This document shows, piece after piece, positions 1 through 9,882 of a stretch of 64,000 nucleotides of DNA. The notes under the pieces were generated by a model that had not been told where the DNA came from, did not search any database, and worked only from the letters and a program-made list of their open reading frames with translations. The position numbers and the translations under genes are program-made. Source of the stretch: an uncultured Rhizobium sp. (GTDB lineage Bacteria; Bacteroidota; Bacteroidia; NS11-12g; UBA955); contig CAZGQS010000002.1 of the NCBI GenBank assembly GCA_964527775.1, positions 16,883 through 80,882 of the forward strand. Reading direction: 5' to 3'. Every line of letters begins with the position of its first letter. The first letter of the stretch is position 1.

Positions 1-2
1 GA

Positions 3-1475
3 TACAAGTTAAATACATCACTGCCAAACTTTGAGATGTGGCCCAATCAACATCCAGATCAACACGTTTGGATGTTTCACCCAAAGGATCGTCAAATTGC
101 CTTATCTGGTAATGACGGTGGCTTGTTCATTACGCAAAATTGCCTAGAAGATTCGGTTCGTTGGGAACACATCAATAACGGTTACTTGACAACTCAATGG
201 TACACGGTAGCATTAGATCCAGCAACGAACATGAGTGACTTGATGGTGGCGGGTGCACAAGATAATAATCAAATGATGGTGAATGATCGTTCGCCTGAAG
301 CCGAGTGGGATATTGCCTACCCAGGCGACGGATCATATTGTGCAGTAGAACCGGGAGGTAAGTTCGCATACTTTTCAAAGCAGTTAGGCAATACGGTAAA
401 AGCCGAACTCGATGCTCAGGGTAAAGTCCTGAAAAAGAGGAGGATAGATCCTATTGGTGTCCCTCGAAACAATTATCAATTCATCAATCCTTACCTTCTT
501 GATCCAAACAACTCAAAGGTGATGTATATGGCGGGTGGTCGACATATTTGGCGAAACGATAAGTTGAACGAGATTGTATTGGATCAAAGTACTGATTCCA
601 TTTCATTTGGATGGACGAAGTCGAAAGATTCGTTGCGCATAGTTACACAAAAGATTACCGCATTGGGGGTATCGAAGAACAATCCGAAGAATCGTTTATA
701 TTTTGGAAACAACGTGAAGTACATCTATTCAATAGATAGTGCAGATAGGGGAGAGATGAAGTTCAAGACGTTGAAAACGCCTTTGGTTTCGGGAAATGGC
801 AACGTTAGTTGCATTGCAGTTCACCCAGACAACGGAAATGAGTTGGTGGTATGTTATTCAAACTATGGAATATACAGTTTGTTCAGAAGCAAAGACGGCG
901 GCGAAACTTGGGAGAAAATTGGCGGAAATTTGGAAGCTAACGTGAACGGAACAGGCGATGGCCCATCGGTTAGATGGTTCAGTTATGTGCCTGTGAAAGA
1001 CGGCATGTTATATTTTGTGGGAACGAGCGTAGGACTTTTCGCCACTGATACTTTAAAAGGAACGGAAACTGTTTGGATTCAACAGGGCGCAGGTGAAATT
1101 GGCAACGCTGTGGTAGACATGATGGATTATAGAGCGATTGATGGAACGTTAGCGGTGGCCACTCATGGCAGGGGTATCTATTACGCCCGAATTTTTGAGC
1201 AGGACGCTATTTTGTCTGCAAAGGATTTGCAAGCGGTGAAGAATACGTGTAAAGTTTATCCCAATCCGGCTAGAGACAAGGTGAATATTTCTTCTGTTTC
1301 CCGCTTAAAGAAGGTTTCAATTTACACTCCACAAGGTCAATTACTGAAAGTGTTCAATGGAGGCAGTGAATTGAACTTGGCTTTGAGTTTAGAGGGCTTG
1401 AATGATGAACTGTTAATCTTGGTTGTAGAAACTGAGGTTGGGGTGGAGTATGTGAGAGTGGTGGTTGGTCTTTGA
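3..1475 (+). CDS. T9SS-secreted BNR/VPS10-like beta-propeller protein, 5' end truncated by window
   Basis: Frame is open from base 3. Asp-box/BNR motif (FRSKDGGETW), ATHGRGIY propeller-closing motif and C-terminal VYPNPA T9SS sorting domain. Confidence 0.8.
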   Translation, partial: YKLNTSLPNFEMWPNQHPDQHVWMFHPKDRQIALSGNDGGLFITQNCLEDSVRWEHINNGYLTTQWYTVALDPATNMSDLMVAGAQDNNQMMVNDRSPEAEWDIAYPGDGSYCAVEPGGKFAYFSKQLGNTVKAELDAQGKVLKKRRIDPIGVPRNNYQFINPYLLDPNNSKVMYMAGGRHIWRNDKLNEIVLDQSTDSISFGWTKSKDSLRIVTQKITALGVSKNNPKNRLYFGNNVKYIYSIDSADRGEMKFKTLKTPLVSGNGNVSCIAVHPDNGNELVVCYSNYGIYSLFRSKDGGETWEKIGGNLEANVNGTGDGPSVRWFSYVPVKDGMLYFVGTSVGLFATDTLKGTETVWIQQGAGEIGNAVVDMMDYRAIDGTLAVATHGRGIYYARIFEQDAILSAKDLQAVKNTCKVYPNPARDKVNISSVSRLKKVSIYTPQGQLLKVFNGGSELNLALSLEGLNDELLILVVETEVGVEYVRVVVGL

Positions 1476-1476
1476 G

Positions 1477-1609
1477 TTTAGAGTTTAGGGTTTAGGGTTT
1501 AGGGCCGAGAGCTGAAGGCTGGCTGCTGGGTGCCGACGGCCGAGAGCTGATAGCTGAAGGCTGACGGCTGGGTGTCGACGGCTGATCACCGATCACCGAA
1601 AACCGGTGT
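1477..1609. repeat. Degenerate heptamer tandem array (19 units; TTTAGRG then mostly CYGANNR)
   Basis: Unbroken 7-nt register: tttagag tttaggg x3 ccgagag ctgaagg ctggctg ctgggtg ccgacgg ccgagag ctgatag ctgaagg ctgacgg ctgggtg tcgacgg ctgatca ccgatca ccgaaaa ccggtgt. Confidence 0.9.
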
Positions 1610-1612
1610 TTG

Positions 1613-1684
1613 TGGTCCCGCCGCGAATCGAACGCGGATCTAAAGTTCCGGAGACTTTCGTAGTATCCATTCTACTACGGGACC
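1613..1684 (-). tRNA. tRNA-Arg(CCG)
   Basis: Reverse complement GGTCCCG...CGGGACCA forms the acceptor stem; D-arm GTAG/CTAC; anticodon arm AAAGT-CTCCGGA-ACTTT; T-arm CCGCG-TTCGATT-CGCGG. CCA not encoded. TATCTTTG promoter element upstream near 1701-1708. Confidence 0.95.
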
Positions 1685-1710
1685 GTTAAAAATATCGCTG
1701 CAAAGATAGG

Positions 1711-3273
1711 CTATTCCTTTATGAAGCGAATGTAGGTATTAGTGTTTTCTGTCCTAGAGTGCAAGATAAGAAGGTAGGCTCCAGGGTTTAAATGTTTGAT
1801 TTGTAAATATGAATGGGATAATGGTTGGTTATGTTCTAATTTTCTTCCAAATGGGTCAAGAATGCTGTAAGAATCAATATTCACAGTAGAATTTATTTGG
1901 ATGATTTCTGATGCTGGGTTTGGAAAAATAGAGATATTTGGGGAGAAGGAGTTTGCAGACATTGTGCTATCTGGTCCTTTTTGGTACACCCTGACGTAAT
2001 CAATTTCCATACGGGATGAATCAAACGTCGCATCAACTTGGGGTAATACTGCAATGTTGAGTAAGATGTATTGATCTTTGGTGAATGGCCAATTGTCTGA
2101 AGTTTTTGTTGTAGGTTCATAAGAGTGAATTTCAATACTATCAACAAAAAACAGTAGTTTTTCGGGTGTCCAAACTAGGGAATAAACATGGTAATTGTTG
2201 TAGGGATCAGGTAGGTATTTTCCGCCGGTTTCAACACCACCAAACCGTGCTTGGGTATGAACGGCCGCCGAAACATAACGAGGGTTATGTCCCCAGCTTT
2301 CCATAATATCCATTTCGCCACATTTAGGCCAACCCACGGTTTCGGCGTTTCTGCCCCAATAGTTTCCGGTTTCACCAATATTGGTTCCGAGGGTCCAAAT
2401 AGCGGGCCATACGCCGTTTCCTGACGGAAGTTTGGCTCTGACGTCTATTCGTCCGTAGGTGAATGCGAATTTTGAGTTAAGTCGTGCGGAAGTGTAATCT
2501 TTGGTGCTGTTTTCGTAGGTGTACTTTTCTTTTTTCAGCACAATTTTCAAGCTTCCGTTGCTCACATAAGAATTGTCAAGTTTGTCTGTGTAGTGTTGAA
2601 TTTCGCCGTTGAACCAGCCGCCATTATTAGGGGGGATGATTTGCGGGTGCCAATTTTCGGATTTGGGTTTTCCTGTGTAGTCAAATTCATCGGCCCAGAC
2701 GAGTTTGCCGAAATGTGGAATGCCTGTGTTTTGTTGGCTTCCCCCGGGAGAAACAAATCCTTTGATATCGTCTAAATGGTATTCACCGGCTTTATACTCA
2801 TTGGGTTCAAAGAAGATGGTTAATCTTGTGTAGGTTCCTTTGGCATTGATGGGAGCGTCAGATCCTACAGTTTTGGCTTGAGCAAAATTGAACGAATCTA
2901 AGTGCCAAGTGCTGGTTTTGAATCTTTTTTGGACGTAGACATTGGGCTCCCCCGTGGTGCTATTTTCGAGTTTTATTTGGAAAGTGAATGAGTCGCCTTC
3001 TGCGTGATAAAGACTGAAAAATAACTTTTTGGATGAATCAAGAATAACTCCTTGTTTCAAGTCAATGAAAGCACCTTCGTATAGGCTGCCTGCGGTGTTG
3101 GTGAAGACGGCAACATTATTATTTGGACGCAGAGGGTCTTTTGCTTTAGTGAATTCGGTTCCGCCAAAAACAGAGAAATTATGCTCATTGGATTCGAAAG
3201 TGAGAGGTAAATTCTGAGATTTAATTGAATAAGTGAGACCAATAAGAATAAATAGGAGCAGGTTTCTAAGCAT
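1711..3273 (-). CDS. T9SS-secreted GH16 beta-1,3-glucanase (laminarinase-like) with N-terminal CBM-like domain
   Basis: WADEFD, YTSARL, WPAIW and catalytic GEMDIME motifs; C-terminal IFPNPA sorting domain. Signal peptide favours ATG 3273 over 3315. Confidence 0.9.
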   Translation of the reverse strand: MLRNLLLFILIGLTYSIKSQNLPLTFESNEHNFSVFGGTEFTKAKDPLRPNNNVAVFTNTAGSLYEGAFIDLKQGVILDSSKKLFFSLYHAEGDSFTFQIKLENSTTGEPNVYVQKRFKTSTWHLDSFNFAQAKTVGSDAPINAKGTYTRLTIFFEPNEYKAGEYHLDDIKGFVSPGGSQQNTGIPHFGKLVWADEFDYTGKPKSENWHPQIIPPNNGGWFNGEIQHYTDKLDNSYVSNGSLKIVLKKEKYTYENSTKDYTSARLNSKFAFTYGRIDVRAKLPSGNGVWPAIWTLGTNIGETGNYWGRNAETVGWPKCGEMDIMESWGHNPRYVSAAVHTQARFGGVETGGKYLPDPYNNYHVYSLVWTPEKLLFFVDSIEIHSYEPTTKTSDNWPFTKDQYILLNIAVLPQVDATFDSSRMEIDYVRVYQKGPDSTMSANSFSPNISIFPNPASEIIQINSTVNIDSYSILDPFGRKLEHNQPLSHSYLQIKHLNPGAYLLILHSRTENTNTYIRFIKE

Positions 3274-3324
3274 AGTCTTCAAAAATAGGGCTAAAATATT
3301 TATACCTTTGTACATAGTTTACTC

Positions 3325-4167
3325 ATGATAGCCGCAACTTCAAAAACTTTAAAACACCTTCGCCGCTTGGCCTTTGCTGGGCTTCTTTCCTTCGGGTTTG
3401 TATGGTTAGCAGGCTGTGAGCTTTATTCTCAGTCAATGGAAAATTCAGCCGGTGATAATTATTTTTCAGACATGATTGTAACTCGTTTGGTACATACCGT
3501 TCAAGATGCCATTGTGGCGAATGATAGTGGTTGGAACATGGGTCATGCAGCGGAGATGACATTTTCAAGTAAACCGGGCGAAAAGAAGTTGGAAATGCGT
3601 TACGGAGTTGATTATGTTACAGATTATGACGGATTTGAAAGGAAGGGAACGGTTACAACAACTTGGGATAGAAGCTTTTTTATACCTGGTTCTACCATGC
3701 ACATTGTGATGGAAAATGAACACGGTACCAATAATTGGGCTACCAAGGGTTTTATTGATGTAACCAATTGGGGTTTGAATGAGTGGGATCAACCCATGTA
3801 CGAGGTAAGATGCAGTTTGGAGTTGATTTCACCGGCGTATAACTGGGAATGGACCAATGAGTATATCAGAGTTAAAATTTCAAAAGACAATACACCACAA
3901 TCAACGGATGATTTATGGAGTGTTACGGGAACGGCTTATGCCAGAAATAGGCAGGGTAGATTTTACAATGCCTTTATAAAAGATTCTTTGTACTACAAAC
4001 CTAGTTGTAAGTATGGTTACACTCGTGGCAAGGTAGATATTCAACATGTTGATGCTACTCAAAGGGTTTTTGTAGTTTATGGCGAAGGAACAGATACGGC
4101 TTGTTCTCAGTACATGACTTTTGATCGCGGAAATCGCAAATTAACGGTTACTAAAAATTTGAAATAA
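3325..4167 (+). CDS. Hypothetical lipoprotein
   Basis: 280-aa ORF with LAGC lipobox; TACCTTTG upstream. Confidence 0.7.
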   Translation: MIAATSKTLKHLRRLAFAGLLSFGFVWLAGCELYSQSMENSAGDNYFSDMIVTRLVHTVQDAIVANDSGWNMGHAAEMTFSSKPGEKKLEMRYGVDYVTDYDGFERKGTVTTTWDRSFFIPGSTMHIVMENEHGTNNWATKGFIDVTNWGLNEWDQPMYEVRCSLELISPAYNWEWTNEYIRVKISKDNTPQSTDDLWSVTGTAYARNRQGRFYNAFIKDSLYYKPSCKYGYTRGKVDIQHVDATQRVFVVYGEGTDTACSQYMTFDRGNRKLTVTKNLK

Positions 4168-4185
4168 ATCCAATACTTTTGGGGT

Positions 4186-4728
4186 ATGAAAAAAATAATC
4201 CTACCCTCATTTGTTATTGCCATAACTCTTTGGATGTGGCAATTTGTATCATTTGCGGCTGCTAATTTACATTCTGGCGGACAACAATACACTCCGTACC
4301 AAGATACTATCGCCTCTTTTATTGGAAAGTTAAATTTGGCTGATGGGGAGTATTTAATACCGCAGGTAGATCCCAAGAAACCAGACATGAAGATGGAAGA
4401 TTGGAATCAGTATTATGGCAAACCATGGATGTTTTTGAAATATTATAATAACCGTGAAGACGTTATGGGAATGAACATGATTAGGGGCTTCTCCAGTAAT
4501 TGGGTTGCTGGCTTTATCATTATTTACCTGTTGAACTTAATGGGTTCAATGAAGTTGATTAAGTCTATTCTTACTACCTTGGGAATGGGACTTGTGGTAT
4601 TCATTTATGTACCATATACCAATCATATTTGGTTTCCGGATTTTGATACTCTAATTACTCTGTTGGATTGTTTAGCTCCATTTGCCTTGATAGGAGTTTG
4701 GAACGGATTATTCTGGAATAAACAATAG
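4186..4728 (+). CDS. Hypothetical integral membrane protein
   Basis: 180-aa ORF with about four hydrophobic segments; TACTTTTG at 4174-4181. Confidence 0.7.
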   Translation: MKKIILPSFVIAITLWMWQFVSFAAANLHSGGQQYTPYQDTIASFIGKLNLADGEYLIPQVDPKKPDMKMEDWNQYYGKPWMFLKYYNNREDVMGMNMIRGFSSNWVAGFIIIYLLNLMGSMKLIKSILTTLGMGLVVFIYVPYTNHIWFPDFDTLITLLDCLAPFALIGVWNGLFWNKQ

Positions 4729-4730
4729 TC

Positions 4731-7082
4731 TTATTGCCAGCTATAAATCTTGCCTTTTTGATTCATCCAATAACTGCGGTCTGGCTCTGAAATAAGCAGG
4801 TAATTTTGAAACATCTGATCTACAATTTCATTGAAATGGTAGTTACTGATTATGGCATTACCACCTTTTGTTACCAATTCATAACCGCCTTCGTCTTCGG
4901 AGTGCGGTGACTGAACAATCCAAGTTCCAGGAAATTGGGAAGATTCAATTTGAAGATAATCCTCAGGTAATACTGTATTGCCTTTGAGGTCAATAAGTCC
5001 AATAAAACCATCGCTGGAATTAGTAAGAAAATACTGCGTCTGATCTGATCTTGAAATGCTAAAATGGGGGGTTGGATGAACTGTTTTCTCTGTGATGATG
5101 TTTACTAAGTGAGTGCGAGAAACGATACTGTCTTTTTTGAGTTTAAATGTGGTATCTGTGGTAAATCCAATGAGACTGTCGTTTAAAATAGCAATTGATT
5201 GAGCAGTTGGTTTGCTCAGTTCCCAGTTGGAAGGATTTAGCCATTTTTGTCCCCAAAAAGAAGTATTGCCGCGCTTGTTATTAGATGAATTGACTTTAAT
5301 AGAAGTGGTAAATATCTTGTTATCAACCGTTTCAAATTGAAGTTTTTTGTGAACTTTTATGGGTTGGAAGTCTTGATTATATATTGTGGATTCAGATTTA
5401 TCATAGATACAGAAATACACTTGGTTGTTAGATTGGATCCATAAGGGTTCCTTTTTCAAGCCAACGGCAATGGTAGTAAGCCCTGTATCGGTGAATTTGC
5501 CGACATTCATTTTGTTGATCCAAAAATAACCTTTCGCAAATTGAGTACACGATTGAAAGGTATCTGAAATGGTCTTGAAATTTGAATCTAAGAAATAGAG
5601 GTTTGCGCCTTTTTGAACAAGAATACGAGTTTTTGGAATATTCCAAAGATCAACAGGCGATTGAAGACTATATTCGTTGAGTTCAGAGATGTCATCAAAT
5701 TCAAAAGGTGTTAGAATTTTACCCTGTTTGTTGTAAAATGCCCAATGAGTACCATTAAATAATGCTCCTTGTCCGCTGGCTGTATCAAAATAGATTTTCG
5801 GGAATTTGCAGGGTAAAAGTTCCTTTCCCGTGGAGTTTATAAGTCCATATCTTTCAGATTTTGTGACAAAGGCCAAGTTTTTTTGAATTTGAATGGGGAG
5901 ATCGCTGTACTTATTATTAGAGATGGGTGTTCCATCTTTTTCAATGTAATAGTATTCAGGGTTGTCAAATAAATCATATTTCATGACCAAAGCACATTCG
6001 GGAATGAGATGTGCGCCGTTTGAAAACCATTGGGTATGGTATTTTTTTGCAAAAGGGAAGGCGAAGTCGTATGTAGAATCCGTCCATTTTTCTAGAGTTA
6101 TTGAATCTACGAAGGCAAATTTACCGCGTTTGGTGTAGAACGGTACTGGGGTAATTTTGAGGTATCTGAGTAGATAGGACGCTGTCTTTTTGTGTTTACC
6201 GAAGGGATATTTATTCAGGTAGTTTGAATAGGCTACAGTAGAATTTATTTGTTTGCTCTGAATAAATGCAAGATTATCAGCAAGCGATAGTGCTTGTTTT
6301 TGTTGGGCTGCTTTTGGGTAGTCATCAATGAATTTCAAATAGGCTTCTTCGGTGTTTTGATATTCAGCTTCATTGAAGGCCATCTTATACAACGAGTCCG
6401 TTGCTTGTGTATAAAAGCTCAAGAGATGGGCAGGATAAGCGGAGCTATCAGGCATGGCTCTCCAAATCAAGGTGTATTTTTGCAAATCGGAGATTTTATT
6501 GGTTGAAAGCGCTTGTTTAAAAGCAATGGTATCATTTAAAGACGACAAACAATAAATGATATGAGGTAAGGATATTTTGGTGTTGATGTTGCCGTTTTTG
6601 GGGAAGTGTTTTTCTAAGGTAGTTTGCTCATTTTGAAAGAATTGCAAGAGTTCAATGTTCTGGTTGGGGTCAGTCATGGATCGTTCTTGGTTGTACTTGT
6701 CGTAAAGAAGTTTACGGTAGTATAGATTTAAGTAGGTTTCGTCAAAATAGTACCACTTCAGAAATTCTTGTTTTGTTTCAGGGTTAAACAAAAAAGCCGC
6801 AGTGGCTTTAATTGATGCATTTCTAGAAAAGAAAATGGCTTGGTTCTTTTGAAGGTGATGTGTGGCGAGTCGAGACAGAGAATGCCAATAAATGGGATTG
6901 GCTGTATCATTGGTTTGAGACCGTTTGATGAGTTTTTTCTCGGCCTTTAAGAACTGGCTATCAACAATATTTCTATGTATTCTGTACTGTGGATTTAACC
7001 AAGGTTTGAGCGATTGTGCTTTCAAGGCACTTATACTGGTCAAGCAGAGTAAAATAAGATGAAACCCAACTCTCAAATTCAT
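4731..7082 (-). CDS. WG-repeat-like secreted protein
   Basis: Signal peptide; repeats such as YGLINSTGKELLP and IGLIDLKGNTVLP; helical 'YLKFIDDYPK / YLNKYPFGKH' repeats. Confidence 0.65.
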   Translation of the reverse strand: MNLRVGFHLILLCLTSISALKAQSLKPWLNPQYRIHRNIVDSQFLKAEKKLIKRSQTNDTANPIYWHSLSRLATHHLQKNQAIFFSRNASIKATAAFLFNPETKQEFLKWYYFDETYLNLYYRKLLYDKYNQERSMTDPNQNIELLQFFQNEQTTLEKHFPKNGNINTKISLPHIIYCLSSLNDTIAFKQALSTNKISDLQKYTLIWRAMPDSSAYPAHLLSFYTQATDSLYKMAFNEAEYQNTEEAYLKFIDDYPKAAQQKQALSLADNLAFIQSKQINSTVAYSNYLNKYPFGKHKKTASYLLRYLKITPVPFYTKRGKFAFVDSITLEKWTDSTYDFAFPFAKKYHTQWFSNGAHLIPECALVMKYDLFDNPEYYYIEKDGTPISNNKYSDLPIQIQKNLAFVTKSERYGLINSTGKELLPCKFPKIYFDTASGQGALFNGTHWAFYNKQGKILTPFEFDDISELNEYSLQSPVDLWNIPKTRILVQKGANLYFLDSNFKTISDTFQSCTQFAKGYFWINKMNVGKFTDTGLTTIAVGLKKEPLWIQSNNQVYFCIYDKSESTIYNQDFQPIKVHKKLQFETVDNKIFTTSIKVNSSNNKRGNTSFWGQKWLNPSNWELSKPTAQSIAILNDSLIGFTTDTTFKLKKDSIVSRTHLVNIITEKTVHPTPHFSISRSDQTQYFLTNSSDGFIGLIDLKGNTVLPEDYLQIESSQFPGTWIVQSPHSEDEGGYELVTKGGNAIISNYHFNEIVDQMFQNYLLISEPDRSYWMNQKGKIYSWQ

Positions 7083-7185
7083 AGGTGTATATAACTTCAA
7101 ATATATATCAAATGGTATATGGGTTGTGATTTTTTCGTTAAGGGCTTGGAATTTAGAAATTAGGGAGGTATTTTTGTTGTCTATT

Positions 7186-7368
7186 ATGAAAAAGCAAATT
7201 TTATTTCTTGCTACATTTTGTCTGATTGCTTTGGCTTTTTCTCAGGCAGGTTTCGATGATGACGTAGTTGACGTACCCGTTGATGGTGGTATTATTTCTG
7301 TGGTTGGCAGTGCGTTAGCGTATGGCATTTATCGCAACAGAAAAGCGGCTAAAGCAAAGAACGATTAA
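7186..7368 (+). CDS. Small secreted peptide with PID-CTERM-like sorting signal (60 aa)
   Basis: Signal peptide MKKQILFLATFCLIALAFSQA, short acidic core, VPVDGG motif, TM helix ending in AYG, basic tail RNRKAAK. TATTTTTG at 7169-7176. Confidence 0.75.
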   Translation: MKKQILFLATFCLIALAFSQAGFDDDVVDVPVDGGIISVVGSALAYGIYRNRKAAKAKND

Positions 7369-7388
7369 GATTCTAAAATTCAGATAGT

Positions 7389-7419
7389 AAAAAGGCTACC
7401 CTTGGGTAGCCTTTTTTTT
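7389..7419. terminator. Bidirectional intrinsic terminator
   Basis: AAAAAGGCTACCC-TT-GGGTAGCCTTTTTTTT between convergent genes. Confidence 0.85.
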
Positions 7420-7422
7420 GTT

Positions 7423-8406
7423 TTAGTATTGTGGATGAATGGGTTTGTTTTGAAGTATATCCTCAATTTTTAACATGATCTCGTCTGTCAAGAGAGGCAA
7501 GATATCAGCAGATTTCAGTGTTTCAGTCAGTTGCTCCTCTTTGGTAGCTCCTAAGATTACCGTTGAAACATTTGGATTTTTCATGCACCATACAACTCCT
7601 AATTTAGGAAGGGTTGTACCCAAGTCTAATGCCAATTGATGAAGACTTTTCACTTTAAGGGCATTTTCGGGGGTCATTAATCTTTCTGCAAGCCATCCCA
7701 GCTCTTCGCGTTTGAGTCTAGAATCTGCGGGAATACCATTGAGGTATTTGCCTGTTAAAAGCCCACTAGCTAAAGGTGACCAAATGGTGGTTCCTAGTCC
7801 CACGGTTTTGTAAATTTGGGAATACTCCACTTCTACCTTGTCTCTCACCAACATATTATATTGTGGTTGCTCTACTACCGGTCCAATTAAATGGTTTTGA
7901 CGCGCAAACATATGGGCTTCCATGATTTCTTGGGCACTCCACTCGCTGGTTCCCCAATACAGAATTTTGCCCGACATGATCAATTGATGCATGCTCCAAA
8001 CCGTCTCTTCAATAGGGGTTGCTTTATCTGGGCGGTGGCAGAAGTACAGGTCTAAATATTCTACTTTTAATCGTTCAAGTGCTTGATTACAAGCTTCAAA
8101 AATGTGTTTTCTGTGAAGTCCTTTTTGTGTGGGGACTTTCGCACCAGCACCAAAAAAAACTTTAGAAGAAACGATGTATGAATCTCGCGACCAGGTTCGG
8201 TTGCTGAGTATTTTACCCATCACTCTTTCTGATTCTCCTGCTGCATATACTTCGGCGTTGTCAAAGAAATTAACTCCTGCATCATAGGCAATGTCCATGA
8301 GGCGTTCGCTGATTTGATTTTGGATTTGATTTCCGAAAGTGATCCAAGAGCCAAAGCTCAATCTACTAACTGGTAGCCCGGTTTTTCCTAAATTGACGTA
8401 TTCCAT
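7423..8406 (-). CDS. Aldo/keto reductase, Kv-beta-like subfamily
   Basis: SRLSFGSWITFG, FFDNAEVYA, YWGTSEWSA and WSPLASGLLTGKY motifs. Confidence 0.9.
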   Translation of the reverse strand: MEYVNLGKTGLPVSRLSFGSWITFGNQIQNQISERLMDIAYDAGVNFFDNAEVYAAGESERVMGKILSNRTWSRDSYIVSSKVFFGAGAKVPTQKGLHRKHIFEACNQALERLKVEYLDLYFCHRPDKATPIEETVWSMHQLIMSGKILYWGTSEWSAQEIMEAHMFARQNHLIGPVVEQPQYNMLVRDKVEVEYSQIYKTVGLGTTIWSPLASGLLTGKYLNGIPADSRLKREELGWLAERLMTPENALKVKSLHQLALDLGTTLPKLGVVWCMKNPNVSTVILGATKEEQLTETLKSADILPLLTDEIMLKIEDILQNKPIHPQY

Positions 8407-9877
8407 GTATTGCTTTTTGTATTTGTTCGTTGAATTCGGGTGATATCTTCCAATAATATATGCAAGGTATCAATAGGGCCAACATCAAAGGTGTTTTCAA
8501 GAATGAATCAGTAATGGGATTTTCAGCCAATTTGATGTATGTAGCCAAAGGTATGAACAAAGCGAGAAGTAATATGGTTTTTATTTGGTTTTTTGTGAAA
8601 GGATGTATTTTCATTTTTACATAAATGAGCAACATGACAAATCCATATCCAAAAATGAAGGTTAACACGGTAGCAATGGCTGCACCATCAATTCCCAACA
8701 ACGGAATTAGCCACAGGTTCAGTCCCACGGCAGAAAAAATCATGATGAGTGAAGTGATCAGTCCCCAAGCGTAAAATTTAGAATTTGATAAGATAGGACT
8801 GGTGGTAATACCTACCATTTCGAAGAGTTTTCCAATGCCAATGTAAAAGACCACCATTTTTCCCGCTTTGTAATACTCTCCGTTGGGCATGATGTGAAAG
8901 GCAGTATCTACATTGAGCCAAATGAGTAAAAATAGAATAGATCCTACTAGTAATTGGTTGTTTGACAATTGTTTATATAGGGAACTTACTTTAGAAACAT
9001 TCTGATTTTTCATGTGCTCCGCAAAAATGGGATTGGAAATTTGCATGATGGTTCTTTTGGGAATTTCAATGAGTACCGCGAGGTAAAATCCAATAGAATA
9101 AACCGCAGTATCAGCCAATGATTTAGAGGCAGAGATCATGAGGAAGTCAATCTTGTTGATTACAAGTCCAACGGCGTTTACAATGAAAAACCAGAGGGTA
9201 AACTTGATGGCATCAGATTTGACTTCGGGATTGTCTGAGAGGAACTTAAAATCTGGTTTGAGGGAGATAGGGGTCAATTGTCCTATATAAATGAAAGAGG
9301 CGAGAGCTCCGATGAGATAGGCTCCTGTAAGCAACCAACAGAAAACCGAAAAACTAATGAGTTTTATAAAAAACAAGTAAGCGAATAGTAGAATTAACAG
9401 TCTAACCACCACTTCTCTGATGAAGTTGGGAATGGTGATTCGTCCGTGGTTAGAAGCAACCGATTCAAACAATGATTGCAGCATCATGAATAGAACCAAT
9501 ACTACAATCATGGGTAGAATGGCAGAAATCATGGAGGTGTCTTTATTGAATAGCTTGATGAAGTCGTCTTCAAGAATGACGATTCCGGAGGCACTGAGTA
9601 AATATCCCAAAGCGGGAATCAAGAATATCCAAAAGAAGAAACCGTGGTGATGGGGAGGGTTTTTAAAATAGGGGAAGAAGCGATTGACGGCGTATGTACT
9701 TCCCAATAGCGAAAATCCCGAAACGACCGCGCCAATTTCTACTAGGAGTCTGGAGGCACCGAGTTGTTTGGGGGTGAAAAAAAGGGGATAGAAGTAGAGG
9801 AGCGTAGCAAATCCGATTAAAACACCCAAATAATTGGATATGGAGGCTTTAATGCTCTGGCGTGCTACAATGCCCAT
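8366..9877 (-). CDS. Polysaccharide flippase (Wzx/MATE-like)
   Basis: 503 aa, many TM segments, MGIVARQSIK N-terminus typical of Bacteroidota flippases; lies in a glycan locus. Confidence 0.8.
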   Translation of the reverse strand: MGIVARQSIKASISNYLGVLIGFATLLYFYPLFFTPKQLGASRLLVEIGAVVSGFSLLGSTYAVNRFFPYFKNPPHHHGFFFWIFLIPALGYLLSASGIVILEDDFIKLFNKDTSMISAILPMIVVLVLFMMLQSLFESVASNHGRITIPNFIREVVVRLLILLFAYLFFIKLISFSVFCWLLTGAYLIGALASFIYIGQLTPISLKPDFKFLSDNPEVKSDAIKFTLWFFIVNAVGLVINKIDFLMISASKSLADTAVYSIGFYLAVLIEIPKRTIMQISNPIFAEHMKNQNVSKVSSLYKQLSNNQLLVGSILFLLIWLNVDTAFHIMPNGEYYKAGKMVVFYIGIGKLFEMVGITTSPILSNSKFYAWGLITSLIMIFSAVGLNLWLIPLLGIDGAAIATVLTFIFGYGFVMLLIYVKMKIHPFTKNQIKTILLLALFIPLATYIKLAENPITDSFLKTPLMLALLIPCIYYWKISPEFNEQIQKAIHGIRQFRKNRATS

Positions 9878-9882
9878 AAGAA

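Noticed and set aside
1484-1530. TTTAGGG repeats as eukaryotic telomere contamination or a G-quadruplex
   Set aside because: Only three perfect units, in register with the bacterial-type heptamer array and flanked by Bacteroidota genes; the fourth G-run is over 20 nt away.
8366-8406. 41-bp overlap of flippase and aldo/keto reductase as a frameshift or fusion
   Set aside because: Both genes look complete; a short C-terminal run-on explains it.
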